DNA of 64,000 bases from Eledone cirrhosa. Lineage: Eukaryota. Location: the NCBI GenBank assembly GCA_964016885.1, contig OZ024742.1, positions 70,556,001 through 70,620,000 on the forward strand. Reading direction: 5' to 3'. The translations under genes and the position numbers were made by a program. Below, one piece after another: positions 26,174-39,408 of the stretch (its first letter is position 1; every line of letters starts with the position of its first letter). The notes beneath the pieces are model-generated. The model ran no database searches and was not told where the DNA came from. It saw only the letters and a program-made list of their open reading frames with translations.

Positions 26174-27393
26174 TCATTAGTTAAGCAAAACAAGACCACA
26201 AATTTCACAAGGAAGACATTATTAAAAGATTGTCAACATATTTTAGTTTGATGTAAGGAATGTAGAGAATAATAATAATAATATTAATAATAATAATGTT
26301 TCTTCTCTATCCTATCTAACCCCCCCCCCCCCCCAACAAACTCTTTAATAAAAATAACATTAAAATCTCATTCTCCACAACACCTAACCTAGCTAGCCAC
26401 ATCGCATTCAGTAACCATCATAAACTAAGACAGTATAACTCCCACACCGCGGTACCACCACCCCCATCAAATACACCACCCCACTACACCAATACTTACT
26501 CTAGTAGCACACCTCCCCCATCTAATCCTTCTAGCACTGACCAACCGCTTAGGTTAAACAACCCTACTCTCACTAACCGCAGATGTAACTGCAACTGCCG
26601 TTACCCTAATGCATGCCCACTCAATGGACATTGCCTGACACCCAACATAGTCTATAGGTGCACGGTTAAAACTGCTTCGCAGACCAGCTCTTATATCGGG
26701 TTTACCTCTAACCCTTTTAAGGTACGCTATAACGCGCACTCTTTTTCCTTCCGAGACCCTAACAACAGATGTTCGACATCTCTAGCTAGGCTCATGAAAA
26801 ATCTTAAATTAACCAACATTGAACACTCACTAACATGGGATATGTTAGCTAGGGCCCAACCGTTCAATGGACGAAGAAAATCTTGTGACCTCTGTCTTAC
26901 CGAAGCATATTACATAACTCTATCACGACCTCTACCGATTAACGATAGAACGGACGTAAATATTAGCTGTCAACATCGAAGGGCTAATTCCTTCGCCAAC
27001 AGAATATTTGACCCAACATAGTCATCTAGCCCCATTTTTACTTGTAGCTAATAAGTTAAATAACTATAACTAACTTAGATAATTATAAGTTACCTCCCTT
27101 ACATTGTCTCTCAATTAAAAAATTAAAAAATTAGCATTAACTATAAACTACCCACAATTTCTAATCTCTCGAGGAGTTACTTCCCCTGAAACCACCCTCT
27201 AATTAGTAAGGTAAATATGTCCATTGGCGGCCATCTTGTTACCCATAGGCAGCCTCGACAGCCTCGACAGAAGAATACTGCTGCACTATGGCAGACAATT
27301 GATATACCCAGGACACCATAGTGAAATACCAACATATGGAACATTACATTTATGTAACATTCTTTCCTTATTTTAATTTATATTCCTTTTGAA

Positions 27394-27512
27394 GTTCCGA
27401 TGAGCTGCTCTATTTCTACCTATGTTAATTATTTTCAATTGAACCAGATCAATAATGATATATAATCATTTTATCCAGAAATATTATATGGAGTAGCGAA
27501 ACAATAGTAAAC
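27394..27512 (+). ncRNA. Hammerhead-like motif with a variant core and long stem II loop
   Basis: GTT-CCGATGA-GCTGCTC...GAGTAGC-GAAAC-AATA-GTA-AAC. Core U4 is C. Confidence 0.6.
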
Positions 27513-27534
27513 GGACATTATTATTATTAATAAA

Positions 27535-27929
27535 GGGCGGTGGATTGGCAGTATCGGTAGAGGGTCGGACGCCATGTTTTGACGCATAGAGTTACGGCCC
27601 TTGCCATTCTGAGTTCAAATCCCGCCAAGGTTAACTTTGCCTTTCATCCTTACGGGTCGATAAAATAAAGTACCAGTAATACACTGGGTAATTGCTGGCC
27701 TTGTGCCTAACGTAGAAACAATTATTATTAATAAAGGGCGGTGAATTGGCAGTATCGGTAGAGGGTTGGACGCCATGCTTTCTAGCATAGTTATGTCCCT
27801 TTACAGTCTGAGTTCAAATCCCGCCGAGGTTAACTTTGCCTTTCATCCTTACGGGGTCGATAAAATTAAGTATCAGTAATGTACTGAGTAATTGCTGGCC
27901 TTGTGCCTAAAGTAGAAACAATTATTATT
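27535..27929 (+). mobile_element. Tandem dimer of tRNA-derived SINE
   Basis: Two units of about 195 bp with A box TGGCAGTATCGG, B box GAGTTCAAATCC and (ATT)n tails, inserted into the PLE (ATT)n tract. Confidence 0.9.
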
Positions 27930-28226
27930 CTCTACATTCCTTACATCAAACTAAAATATGTTGACAATCTTTTAATAATGTCTTCCTTGTGAAATTTGTG
28001 GTCTTGTTTTGCTTAATTAATGAATATTTCCAGCTCTGCGCACCTAACCTCTTCATGAACCCAGCCACCTAGATGCCTTCCACTGCATATTGCACATTGA
28101 GCACTTGCCTTTACGCTTTGGCTTCTAACTAATTCACCAATCTCTCCTCTCCTATCTCCTCTCCTATCTCCATCTCTCTCTTTAAGATTGGTTACTCTTG
28201 AACTGTGTATATATATATATATATAT

Positions 28227-28306
<80 letters not shown>

Positions 28307-28307
28307 T

Positions 28308-28340
<33 letters not shown>

Positions 28341-28410
28341 GTGTGAGTGAGTGTGTGTATCAGTAATTTGAACTCTTGTGCTGTCATTCCGCAATCTCTG
28401 GTCACACTGT

Positions 28411-28445
<35 letters not shown>

Positions 28446-29643
28446 TTTCCACCGAGCATTAAACAAATAAGGGGAGAGAGAGAGAGAGAGAGGTCGCTGG
28501 GATGTGTGACAATACCAACAATGTGAGCCTAGACATTTATATATATGTATCCATGGACAGGGTGTGTGCGCCGCTTACACATGTGTGCACTCTATCTAGT
28601 CGTTGCTATGCATCTTGGGAGTTGTGAGAAAATACATATAATCACCTCAAATCCCCCCCCCCCCCCACACACACACACCTTTCAACTATATAATCTATGC
28701 AAATGCGGAAAATGGTACTGGCTCACATTTTGGAGCATGGGGAAAAATATGAACAAAGCTGGAACCTATGAAAAATCGATAAACTCTACTCCACTGACCT
28801 TACCCAGGAATTTTAAAAAAAAACTAATTTCTAATGAACTATAACAAAGGAAACTACCAGAACAAATGTCACTCAACAAAATGATCATGGAAATAAAACT
28901 TCTAAAATTAAGAACAACTACAAATGAACAAAAATATAAACATATTGACCAACAAACGGAAGTGCTAAAACAAGCTGAAGGACCAATCTTACAAAACTCT
29001 CTAATCTAAACTATGGAAACAAGTCTGCGACAACGCAGAACTTATATCTCTGCAACAGTTGGAAAAGAGTGAAAATTCGTTCCTTGAATGTGAAGAGGAA
29101 CTTAAGAAAATACACCATCTAGACAACCCCTTCATAAAGAAAGTTACCAAAATCTTTCCAGAAACAGTCAAACCACCAAACCCAACACACCCAAATCACA
29201 GACATAATCCCCCTCAACCTAAAATATACCCAACAAAAAAACCACACACAATCGCTAAAACATAGACTATCACCCAAAATTTCCCTCAGGATTTGAACTC
29301 AGACCGAAAACAATGATAATGAAGACGATCATTAGTTAGAAATAAAAGTAATTTCTGCGCCCCCAAAAGGGAAGGAATAAAGTTCAAGACCCCTATTGTG
29401 AACACATTGTGAATGTCCCCCTTTACTGTATCCAGACTTATTGCAGAGTTTTGGTGTTCTCATTCGCACCAGTTACCAATTTGGTACTTTTCTCAGACGC
29501 GTGAAGACTAACTTGGCCTTTTTAGCTGCGGCCTTTATTCGCCCACTTATGTCGCAACTAACCATCATATCTTGGTCGCCGATCGCTATCCGCCAACTGC
29601 GATCTGTGAGAATACATACAAATACACTCACACACTCTCACAA

Positions 29644-29725
<82 letters not shown>

Positions 29726-29796
29726 AATGGTAGCTATGGTGCTTCCATAGGCGGTATGCCAGTTGAGCACTCTATGTTCTTACAGAGCAGAGTCTG

Positions 29797-29991
29797 ATAT
29801 AATATAAAACGAAAAATCAGTGATACATCTAGACTCAGTTTATTGTGTGTTACAATTGTTTCGCCGGCAGATAGCTCGAGACACGATCATTGTATGGATC
29901 TGTCTGATTCTGATCGTGTCTTGAGCTATCTGCCGGCGAAACAATTGTAACACAATAAACTGAGTCTAGATGCATCACTGATTTTTCGTTT

Positions 29992-30001
<10 letters not shown>
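29797..30001. repeat. Fold-back palindrome with arms of about 92 bp, each carrying the 3' half of a hammerhead
   Basis: 29797-29889 versus 29911-30001 shows 3 differences and a 21-nt loop. GAAAC-AATT-GTA then AATAAA appears on both strands. Confidence 0.88.
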
Positions 30002-30065
<64 letters not shown>

Positions 30066-30210
30066 AAGAGAGTTAGAGGGATGTACGCAAACACTAGATA
30101 TACACAAAGAAAGCACAACATAACAATCCAAAATACTTTAACTGTTACAATTCCACGCTGTCACTTTGTTAATCAAATAAAATAAACTTCTAAGCTGTTT
30201 ATCAAATACC

Positions 30211-30211
30211 A

Positions 30212-30255
<44 letters not shown>

Positions 30256-30270
30256 AGGAAAGAAAGAAAG
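30211..30270. repeat. (GAAA)n microsatellite
   Basis: Direct reading. Confidence 0.95.
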
Positions 30271-31074
30271 ATTGTGTGAAAGAAAGTGAGAAAGAAATAT
30301 AGAAAGAAACTAGTTTTTTATTGCAGAATGCAAACAAGATGGCGACTGGTTGCTATTTGATTAAATCAAGCGACTGTCAATGGCCTCAGCTGAGCGCTGA
30401 CCTCTCATGAGGTCAGCGTAAATATTTCTCAAATTTAATTAATGTCCCCGTACAATAAGGAGCGGGGTAGTAGTGGCAAGTACCGTAGTACAGTGGTACC
30501 CAAATTTTAATACATTAAATGAATAAAAAGATTGTTTGAGAGCGAGAAAGAGAGGGGAGAAGAGATTTATTGACTCCCACCCCACCCCCCAAAACGGGTG
30601 CAAACGTGGCTGTGTAGTCGAGTTTGCTTCACAACCTCGTGGTTCTGGGTTCAGTTCTACTATCTGCTACCTTAGGCATCCTCAGTTGACCAACGCTTTG
30701 TAAGTGAAATTATGTAATGGGAAATTGCAGAATCCCATTGTATATATAAATGTGTGGGAAGTGTCTGTTTGTATTTGTATCTAATTTACGTTTGTGTATG
30801 TGTGTTTGTCCCGTAACATAGCGATTCAACAAAAAAGGGAACGATAGAGTAAGTAACAGACTTGAAAAATTAAGCACGTGTCGATATGAGCGACTAAATG
30901 AATGCGGTGCCCCCAGCACAACCGGAGACTGTCGACTGAAAGCAGTAATAGAATAAATTTGACCTCCATCGGTTTCGACTCTAGGCAATGGTAAATTACC
31001 CTTTCCGGAAATGTCAACCAGTGGAATCAAATCCAGGACCCAATGATTAGCAAAGCGCACTTTTTAACCATTTG

Positions 31075-31460
31075 ACTATACCTCTGTCGGGGTCTATATG
31101 GCATCTGTGTCGTCGTCTATATCTCTGTCTTTATGAAACATCTGTCGCTGTCTTTATTGTCTCTGTTGTGATCTATTTGACTCCTCTGTCGTGGTCTGTA
31201 TGGCAACTCTGCCGTGGTCTATATGGCATCTCTGCCGTGCTCTATATGGCACCTCTATCCTAGTCTATATGGCATCTCTGTTGTGATCTATATGACACCG
31301 CTGTCGTGTCTATACCTTTGTCGACATCTATATGACATTTCTATTATGGTCTACATTACCCTCTGTTGTGATCTACCCTCTGTCAACGTTTATATCTCTT
31401 TCATGTTCTGTACGGCGCCTTTCATTGACTCTTCTGTCGTGGTCTATACGGCGCCTCTTT
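31075..31460. repeat. Degenerate minisatellite, unit about 22 bp (consensus close to ctctgtcgtggtctatatggca)
   Basis: Recurrent ctctgtcg/ctctgttg...tctatatg(g/a)ca units. Confidence 0.7.
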
Positions 31461-32239
31461 ACAAGATGTTGCCTGGGGTGGCCTTCGACATCCACGAAAT
31501 ATCTATTTACCTATTTACCTGTAGATGACCTTAGTATTACTCTTTACCTCAACACCATACCCATTTATAAGTAACTAATCTCGTTTATCTAAGGAGTTAA
31601 ATTTTATGATCGTAAGAACAGGAGTTTGATTTTCGACGGCGTGCAAAACAATTTATTTCACGTTACTCCAGTTCACTAAGCTAGCAAATAGGAGTTGTAC
31701 TTGTAATTCAAAGGGAGAGCTATATCATACTCTACGTTAAAGGTCCTTGTGCTAGTGAAATGCTCAGCCACTCGCAAGTTAATTTTACGAGCAAGCTGTT
31801 TAAGTTGATCGACTAAAGTCCAACACACACACAAACACACACGCGCGCGCGCGCGCGTACATAGATCATCTTACATTCGTGGGTAATGAGGTGTGGCCGA
31901 GTAGGGTGAATAATAACACATGGTAGGTAAAGAGAAAACATCCATATGTGCTGGGATAGAGTGGGCAATAGTGTGTTTCACTGGGGGTTAGAGTTGAGAA
32001 TATGTGGGATCAGTCGATATTGATGTGTGATTGACTAGATTAAACACCCAATACAATTTTTTAAAATTAAGAACAACTACAAATGAACAAAAATACAAAC
32101 ATATTGACCAAAAAGCTGAAGGAGCAATCTTACAAAACGCTAAACTCCGCCAGTTGCAGACTGCGCATCAACATGTGATATCTCTCTCCACAAAGTTCGA
32201 TTACCAGCAGCAGAGTTCAAAGAACAAAGATCAAGTCCA

Positions 32240-32480
32240 GTCCATAAGTTGACATTGTCAAGCCATCGTTTTGGCTGCCGGCCTCTGCTTCTCTTACAAG
32301 GCATAACCTACTCACATCACGAGTTGATCTTTTTATATGACCGTATAGTTTGAGTACTCTTGATTTGACAATTGATGTAATTGGTCTAAGTTTGGTAATG
32401 TTGAGTAGCTCGCTGATACAGATACGATCGCTGATCCGCTTGCCAGTCATAAGTCTCATGATGTGGTTCTGGAATGTAGT
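32240..32480 (-). mobile_element. RTE-like LINE C-terminal fragment
   Basis: DRICISELL..ITSIVKSRVLKLYGHIKR resembles the RTE post-RT region. Confidence 0.6.
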
Positions 32481-32761
32481 GGTTGAATTTGAGTGGCTCT
32501 AAATGAAATAGAAACTTAAATTAAAATCCAAATTCATTAAAAGTTAAAGAACTTGAAATCCAAATCATAATTATAATCTATAAAACGCTTTTAGATATTT
32601 TTATTGAATATAGATTTGTGTTAGAGGCTGGATTAACGATTAAAGTAATTAAGTACATGTTTAGGGCATCGGGGGAAGAAAGGCGCCATTTTATTCAAAT
32701 TAAATGTATTTTGTCCTTCAAAAAAAAAAAAAAACTTTATGCATGGGGACACTTAATCTTT

Positions 32762-33860
32762 TTAAGAGCTTAAATGCCCCCCCCCCCTCCCCACATCTCC
32801 GGCAGATAGAATGGAGAAGGCGTTTTCCCGGAGGACGGTAAGGGAGACGCGCTGGAAAAGCCACACCAACTCGCGGGGCTCACACCACCTGCGGCTGGCC
32901 AGCTCAGTGCTTATGGTGGTGAGTAGGGAGGTAGCTCTAGGGCCGAGGACACCAGAAGTCTCCACTGCCAAGGGTACAAACGCAAACCTGTCGGAGAGCG
33001 ACCGGTATTTGAGGAGTTTGGCCTCCTCAGCCCGACGTGCAACAGAACCTGGATTAGTCGGTGCAAGTGGCATCCCAGACGAGGGGTTTGCCACCGCGGA
33101 ACGGGAAGATGGTCATGCCATCTGGCCTTTTGCCGTCCCCTCGGTCCAGCCCCACCGGCTCGAGCTGGATAGGGAAGCCTGCAGCGTCCAAGCCATGCTT
33201 TATGACCTCGTTGAGGGCAGCATGTCGTGAAGGCGGCCGGTACTGTGGCGACAGGAAAGCAAGTGGAGGCCGAAAGAGTCCACTGTGGATCCGCAGCGAC
33301 ATTGGTGTGACTCGCAGATCCGGAGGCCGAGCCTCAAGGAAACGCCGATGCGCAGGCTATTGTAGTCTAACTGCGTGTCAGTGGAGGAGGGTAGAGCATG
33401 GAGCCAGGCACCACTGTGGGGTTTGGAGGCCGCACGAATACAGGCAAGGCGGTGCTGGTCGAGCAGGCGCGTGAGCCGTTTTGGGGCCAGGCTGCACCGG
33501 ATGGCATCCCAAGTGTTTAGGGGGAATTGACGTCAGCAAGGGAAGAAGGAGGAGGGACGTCTACTGGTCTAAGTCTCGGCCGGACCCACGTCTCACAGGC
33601 GGCCTCACGTTCTCTGAACACAGAGGGTTCTATTGTGTTTTGAAGAACCCTGCTGACGAGGATGCGGCATGAGGTTACCGACGAAAGAAACGTCGACAAA
33701 GCCAGTGAGATCGGGGACCGGTGGCCAAAGCCACCATACCTGACAGGTAAAGTGGCCTGTTGCAATCCAAGTCATCAAACTTGACGTTGCATATCTCCTC
33801 GGCTGCTGTTCCGATACAAGTATCGAGGTCAGCGAGGAATGGCTGAAGGTGAGTCATTCA
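32762..33860 (-). mobile_element. Decayed CRE-like RLE non-LTR retrotransposon, 3' part
   Basis: [45 protein letters not shown] and FVPLAVETSG motifs across frameshifts. Confidence 0.85.
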
Positions 33861-34389
33861 ATCCTGAAAACATATGTGTTGTTGTTGTCACTGATGCTGG
33901 AGTTGGTTTCCTCTTGTTAATGGTAGTGGTAGTAATTGCTGGTAAGATGTTGATGTATACACATATGTGTTGTTGTTGTTAATGTCACTGTTGCTGTCGT
34001 TGCCTTCCTCTTGTTAATGGTGGTGGTAGATGAAACTGCTACCAATTCGGGCTGCCAGGCAGTATTCTGAGGCTCAAGTGCCTTCTTTTACCGAAGATGC
34101 GGGTTTGTTGTTATTGTCCTGTTGCTGTTGCCTTCTTGACCGAAGATGCGGGTCAGTGGCTTTCGGCATCATTTGGCAGCACAACGGTAAATAAATATAT
34201 TCTCTATTTTTTTTCTTTCTCTCTGTCTAATCCGATTCAAATTATTTGGCAGTGAATTGGTGGTCGGTTTTGTTTTGTTTTGTTTTATGTTTCCATTTGT
34301 TTTTATTTATTTCTCTCGCTCTTCTCGTATTTTTCGGTGCGTTAAATTTGTGAGGTGCCTATCGATGGTTAATAGCATTTATTATTTGA

Positions 34390-34772
34390 GGTGAATTGGC
34401 AGTATCGGTAGAGGGTCGGACGCCATGCTTTCCAGCATAGTTACGTCCCTTTACGATCTGAGTTCAAATCCCGCCGAGGTTGACTTTGCCTTTCATCCTT
34501 ACGGGGTCGATGAAATAAAGTACCAGTAACGCACTGGGTAATTGCTGGCCTTGTGCCTAAAGTAGAAACAATTATTTGAGGTGAATTGGCAGTATCGGTA
34601 GAGGGTCGGACGCCATGCTTTGACGCATAGAGTTACGGCCCTTGCCATTCTGAGTTCAAATCCCGCCGAGGTTAACTTTGCCTTTCATCCTTACGGGGTC
34701 GATAAAATAAAGTACCAGTAATGCACTGAGATAATTGCTGGCCTTGTGCCAAAAGTAGAAAAAATTATTTGA
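34390..34772 (+). mobile_element. Tandem dimer of tRNA-derived SINE with triplicated target site
   Basis: Two units, with attatttgaggt before, between and after them. Confidence 0.9.
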
Positions 34773-35049
34773 GGTTATATTTCCATTCTAGGATGTATTC
34801 TATCATAACAACACATTCTGCTTCCCAGCATCATGGATTAAACTGTGAATTAATGCCGCGAATGTTTGGTAGAATGTTTGACTATTGGGTAATCAGATAA
34901 TCCAAGCGTAAAATGATCAATGTAGATATGGATAGAGTCTAGTGGATTTAGGAATCTGTTAGAACTGATGAAGCAGCGTGGTAAATGTTTAAGATAAACA
35001 TTCATTAACTCAAGGATTGGTAAGATATTCAAATAAAGGCCACTCGACT

Positions 35050-35330
35050 GATTGGCATGGAGTCGCTCACCAATACACTCACTCCAGTCTCTTCTCCACA
35101 GACATGCTGTCTTCTCTCTCTCTCTCTGTTTTTTTTCTACTGCAACTTCGGTGGTTCGTCACATGATGTCTCCACTCTGGCAATCCCGACTCACCGTACT
35201 AACCATTATGCAAAGTCTTTCCTTCACACAACTTCGGTGCTCTAATATGCTCTCTCTCTGCTTATGCTTTTGATTTTTCTACAGCCGTCAACTTGTACTT
35301 ATTCAAGAAAAACATTGACGTCGTTGATCT
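35050..35330 (+). mobile_element. CR1/L2-group LINE 3' remnant
   Basis: LQSLLHRHAVFSLS...RTNHYAKSFL..TSVL*N.L...NLYLFKKNI resembles the C-terminal SFF.R..LWN.L...FK motif. Confidence 0.55.
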
Positions 35331-35424
35331 CACTGGTGCCGGGGAAGTAGAGAAGTGTTTGTAATGGTCATCGGTACAGTTCCTTCCTACAGACCCCCAC
35401 CCCCTCCGAGCCTCGAAAATAACG

Positions 35425-35555
35425 GTTTCTTATATAGGCACAAGGCCAGCAATTTTGGGGGAGGGGAAAGTCGATTTTAATCGACCCCAGTGCGTGACTC
35501 GTACTTTATTTTATCGACCCCGTAAGGATGAAAGGCAAAGTTAACCAAGGACTCA
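35425..35555 (-). mobile_element. tRNA-SINE 3' fragment
   Basis: Reverse complement of the 27535 family. Confidence 0.75.
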
Positions 35556-35867
35556 AAAGGGCCATTACATACTGGGAAAGCGGGCCAAAAGTGAGAATAA
35601 ATGATTTCCACTGGTTATAATGTTAATCTGTGGGTCAAATAAGACAAAGTTTAGAAGTTAATTAATCCAATGGATTAATCAAATAGTAAACCTTGTCTTA
35701 TTTGTTTCCTTGTTCAACATTATATATTTGAGTCTATTTTTTGAATACTCAACGACATGCAATATGATACTACTTTTCCACGCACAAAAATTTCGCTTTG
35801 ATTTAATGGGATATTCACATTACTACATCGATATATATATATACATATACATATATATATATATTTT

Positions 35868-36027
<160 letters not shown>

Positions 36028-36032
36028 ATATA

Positions 36033-36144
<112 letters not shown>

Positions 36145-36167
36145 TAAAAGTGACAAAGGTGCTGTGT

Positions 36168-36357
36168 GGTTTGGATTGGCAGTATCGGTAGAGGGTTGGA
36201 CGCCATGCTTTCCAGCATAGTTACGTCCCTTTACCATCTGAGTTCAAATCCCGCCGAGGTTGACTTTGCCTTTCATCCTTACAGGGTCGATAAAATAAAG
36301 TACCAGTAATGCACTGGGTAATTGCTGGCCTTGTGCCTAAAGTAGAAACAATTATTT
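36168..36357 (+). mobile_element. tRNA-derived SINE monomer
   Basis: Highly similar to the 34390 unit. It interrupts a segment whose uninterrupted copy is at 37042-37092. Confidence 0.9.
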
Positions 36358-37491
36358 AGAAAACGTAAGAGAAACACAAACATAAAACAATTCCCGCTCT
36401 TCAGTTGTCTGTTGTGGGTCGCTGATGTTTCGACACATTAAAGACAGTACATCTCACCACAGTGCGTTGATAATTAAGGGGAATAATTATCAGGGAAGAA
36501 AACAACAACAACAAAAACAAAGATGATAGCGAAGAGAAGGATAGAAAAAGAAAAATAACAAAAGAAAAACATACCGATAGAGAGGGGGAAACACGAGACA
36601 GTAGTACATGTAAGTTGCAGTAACCGGTGGGAGAGAGGGAGAAGTTAAAAAGGAGACTGAACGTAAGTCCTGAATCCGTATTAACAGCACGAGGGAGAGC
36701 GAATAGAAAACCGTCTGGTCAGAGAGAGAACAGACGCAAAGAGGGAGAGACGAAGGAAAATGGAAGTGAGAGAGGGAATGGGGGAAGTGGTAAGGGAACA
36801 GAGAGAGGGGGGAAGTAGATGGTAAGAGAGAAAGAGAATAAGTGAGTGGAAGAGAGAAAGAGAATGGGAATAAGTGAGTGGGAGAGAGAGAGGGGGGGGG
36901 GTCGAAGAAAGAGAAAGAGAGAGAAAGGAGGAAGAAAAATAGTTAATCGAAAATGGCAGAAGTTAAGTTCAAAACCAGAATTAACAACAAACGAGATAGG
37001 GAGTATAGAACGGAGGTCATAGCAATAAATTAATATGAATTAAAAGTGACAAAGGCGCTGTGTGATTACTAATAAATATTATTTAGAAAACAAGAACAAA
37101 CAAACGCAGGAGTCAATCGTATATAGTTGTATTAGGTTTGCACTTGGTGGGAGTGGAGGAGGTTATATATATTGGTTTGATTAAAACAACAGGAGGTCGG
37201 ACTGGTGATGTTCCTTTACAGGTTTATTGTTGCAAAAACACTATATATATATTTCGATGGTCTGGTTACGTAACCTGCACCAACCACAGGATTCAACATC
37301 AACGATGGATAAATTGCGTAACGTAGAGTGCTTATATACATGCATAATATATATGTGTGAATGTGACCTATATTCGAAGTCATTCCCCCCATCACCATCT
37401 CGTTCTTTTATATGTTGGACTGCATTCCCCAATGTATCTGTGATTTGTAGGATATATGGCTGTTATCTTTAGCAAGCCGAGTACTAAGTAG

Positions 37492-37563
<72 letters not shown>

Positions 37564-39266
37564 CTGAATATGTAGTTATTTTTTAACTCCAGACTTATGA
37601 TCAAATGTATTCCAACAGTGATCATTCCTTCTTAATTTCATACATAGCGTGTCTTAGACGATACGTTGATTAATATATTCTTTTGTAAGATTTGAGAGAG
37701 ATTTTGCTGCTATTTCCAGCAGACTTGGTGACCGTATAGAGGCTCTGGTTAAATTGATAGGCAACAATAACAGCGACATGGAACTATGATGACAAGCTAC
37801 TGTTATTCCATTGTCCTGCATTTACGATTATCAAATATCTTAGTTTTATGTTGCTGGAAAAGTTAGATAAATAGAAAGGGCAACAGAGAAAGAGAGAGAG
37901 ACGAAGTAGAAATGGTGAAACTAAAAGAGAGAGTGAGTGAAGGAAAGCGACAGAGAAGGAGTAGTGTTTACAGATTAAGAAAGAAATACTCGGCTGATTT
38001 TAATGATATTCACACATCTGCCATAATATGTTAACGCCCCCCCCCCCCCCCCTATCTTTTTATCTGTTTATCTCTTTCTCTCTCTCGTATCCCAGTCTTT
38101 TCCTGTCTCGTATCACATTCTCTCTCTCGTTTACTCATATCGTCTCTTCTCTCCCTCGGTCTTTCTCCCCCCCCCCTCTCCCTTGTTTACTCGTATCCTC
38201 TTCTCTTTTCTCTCTCAATCTTTCTCCACCCTCTCTCTCTCTTTTCCCCCTGTTTGTTTCTTCTCTTTTCTCTCGGGGTCAACAGCTGACACCGCAGATG
38301 TACCAGCGTTGTGATGTGTCTAACTCATGACCTGTACACGTGATCAAATAGATGTTCTATTTCTCGAAGCACTTTTGTTTCCTGGTGACATTGTCAAAAA
38401 CCAGGTAAAACACTGTGTACAAAATTTAGTCGTTTGCTTCCTCATCTACTGCGGATAGACTTAAGTGTGTGTGTGTGGGGGGGGGGGACTTATTGGTGTT
38501 GTTGCTCTTCTTTTTCTTCTTCTTTTCCGCCTCCTTGTTCTCTTTCACCTCCTCCTTTTCTTCCATCCAGTTATTCCTGAGAGTGTCGTAGAAGCAAAGT
38601 CCTCAGAGACACGCCTTCCAGACAGTCCTATCAGAAGCAAACATCGCTAAATCATCCGGATGGATCCCCAAACGAGACAAACCGAGCTTATGGATGTTGC
38701 CTGTCTCTGGGTCACCTGCTGGTTGGCTTTGTCCTTAAAATCTGGCTGTGTCTATTTGATGAAATACTAAACATATTTGGAATGTCCATGAGACTTCTGA
38801 CATCTGTGTATTTATAACGATTATTTTGATGGTAGTGTTGGTGAGTTGATTGTGGTGTGGTGTTGAACTTCACTGGCTTGGTTAAGAGAAAGACTAAGAG
38901 ATAGAGATTGAGTGAACGAGAGAGAGTAAGAGTCTGTCAGACCCTAAGGGATCTGTAGAAAGCAATAGTTCACATGTTCACTCTATCAAGAACCGCTTCG
39001 AACTACTGCCGGCTTGATCTAAGGCAAGCTATTTATCCATGTCGCTTCCTCTGTCACAGGACTTGAGAATAAAGGGCTGACCTTTAGAGATCGTCCACTC
39101 TTAGACTTGTTGACGACCGAAAGGAGATAACCCACCAAATGACGGTTAAATGTCACCCAGGGGTCAAGGTGTGGACAGATTTCGCTACATTTTGAGCAAT
39201 TGTATATTTTACACAATGAAAATACTGTGCATCTATACTCGTTGCCTCCATATGTATATATGGGAC

Positions 39267-39350
<84 letters not shown>

Positions 39351-39408
39351 TGTGTGTGTGTGTGTGTGTGTGATTAGTAGCTCTCCGATGATCAAATTTC
39401 AATATCTC

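Larger units (their letters stand above)
26171..28026 (+). mobile_element. 5'-truncated Penelope-like element with inverted 3' tail at its 5' end
   Basis: KISFSTTPNL, CNCNCRYPNACPLNGHC, IVY..YIG and CDLCLTE..CQHR GIY-YIG remnants (26350-27021). 26171-26298 is the reverse complement of 27515-27530 plus 27921-28026, without the SINEs. Confidence 0.85.

Noticed and set aside
31075-31460. Repeat array as possible CRISPR
   Set aside because: Degenerate contiguous minisatellite with no unique spacers, no cas genes and a eukaryotic context.
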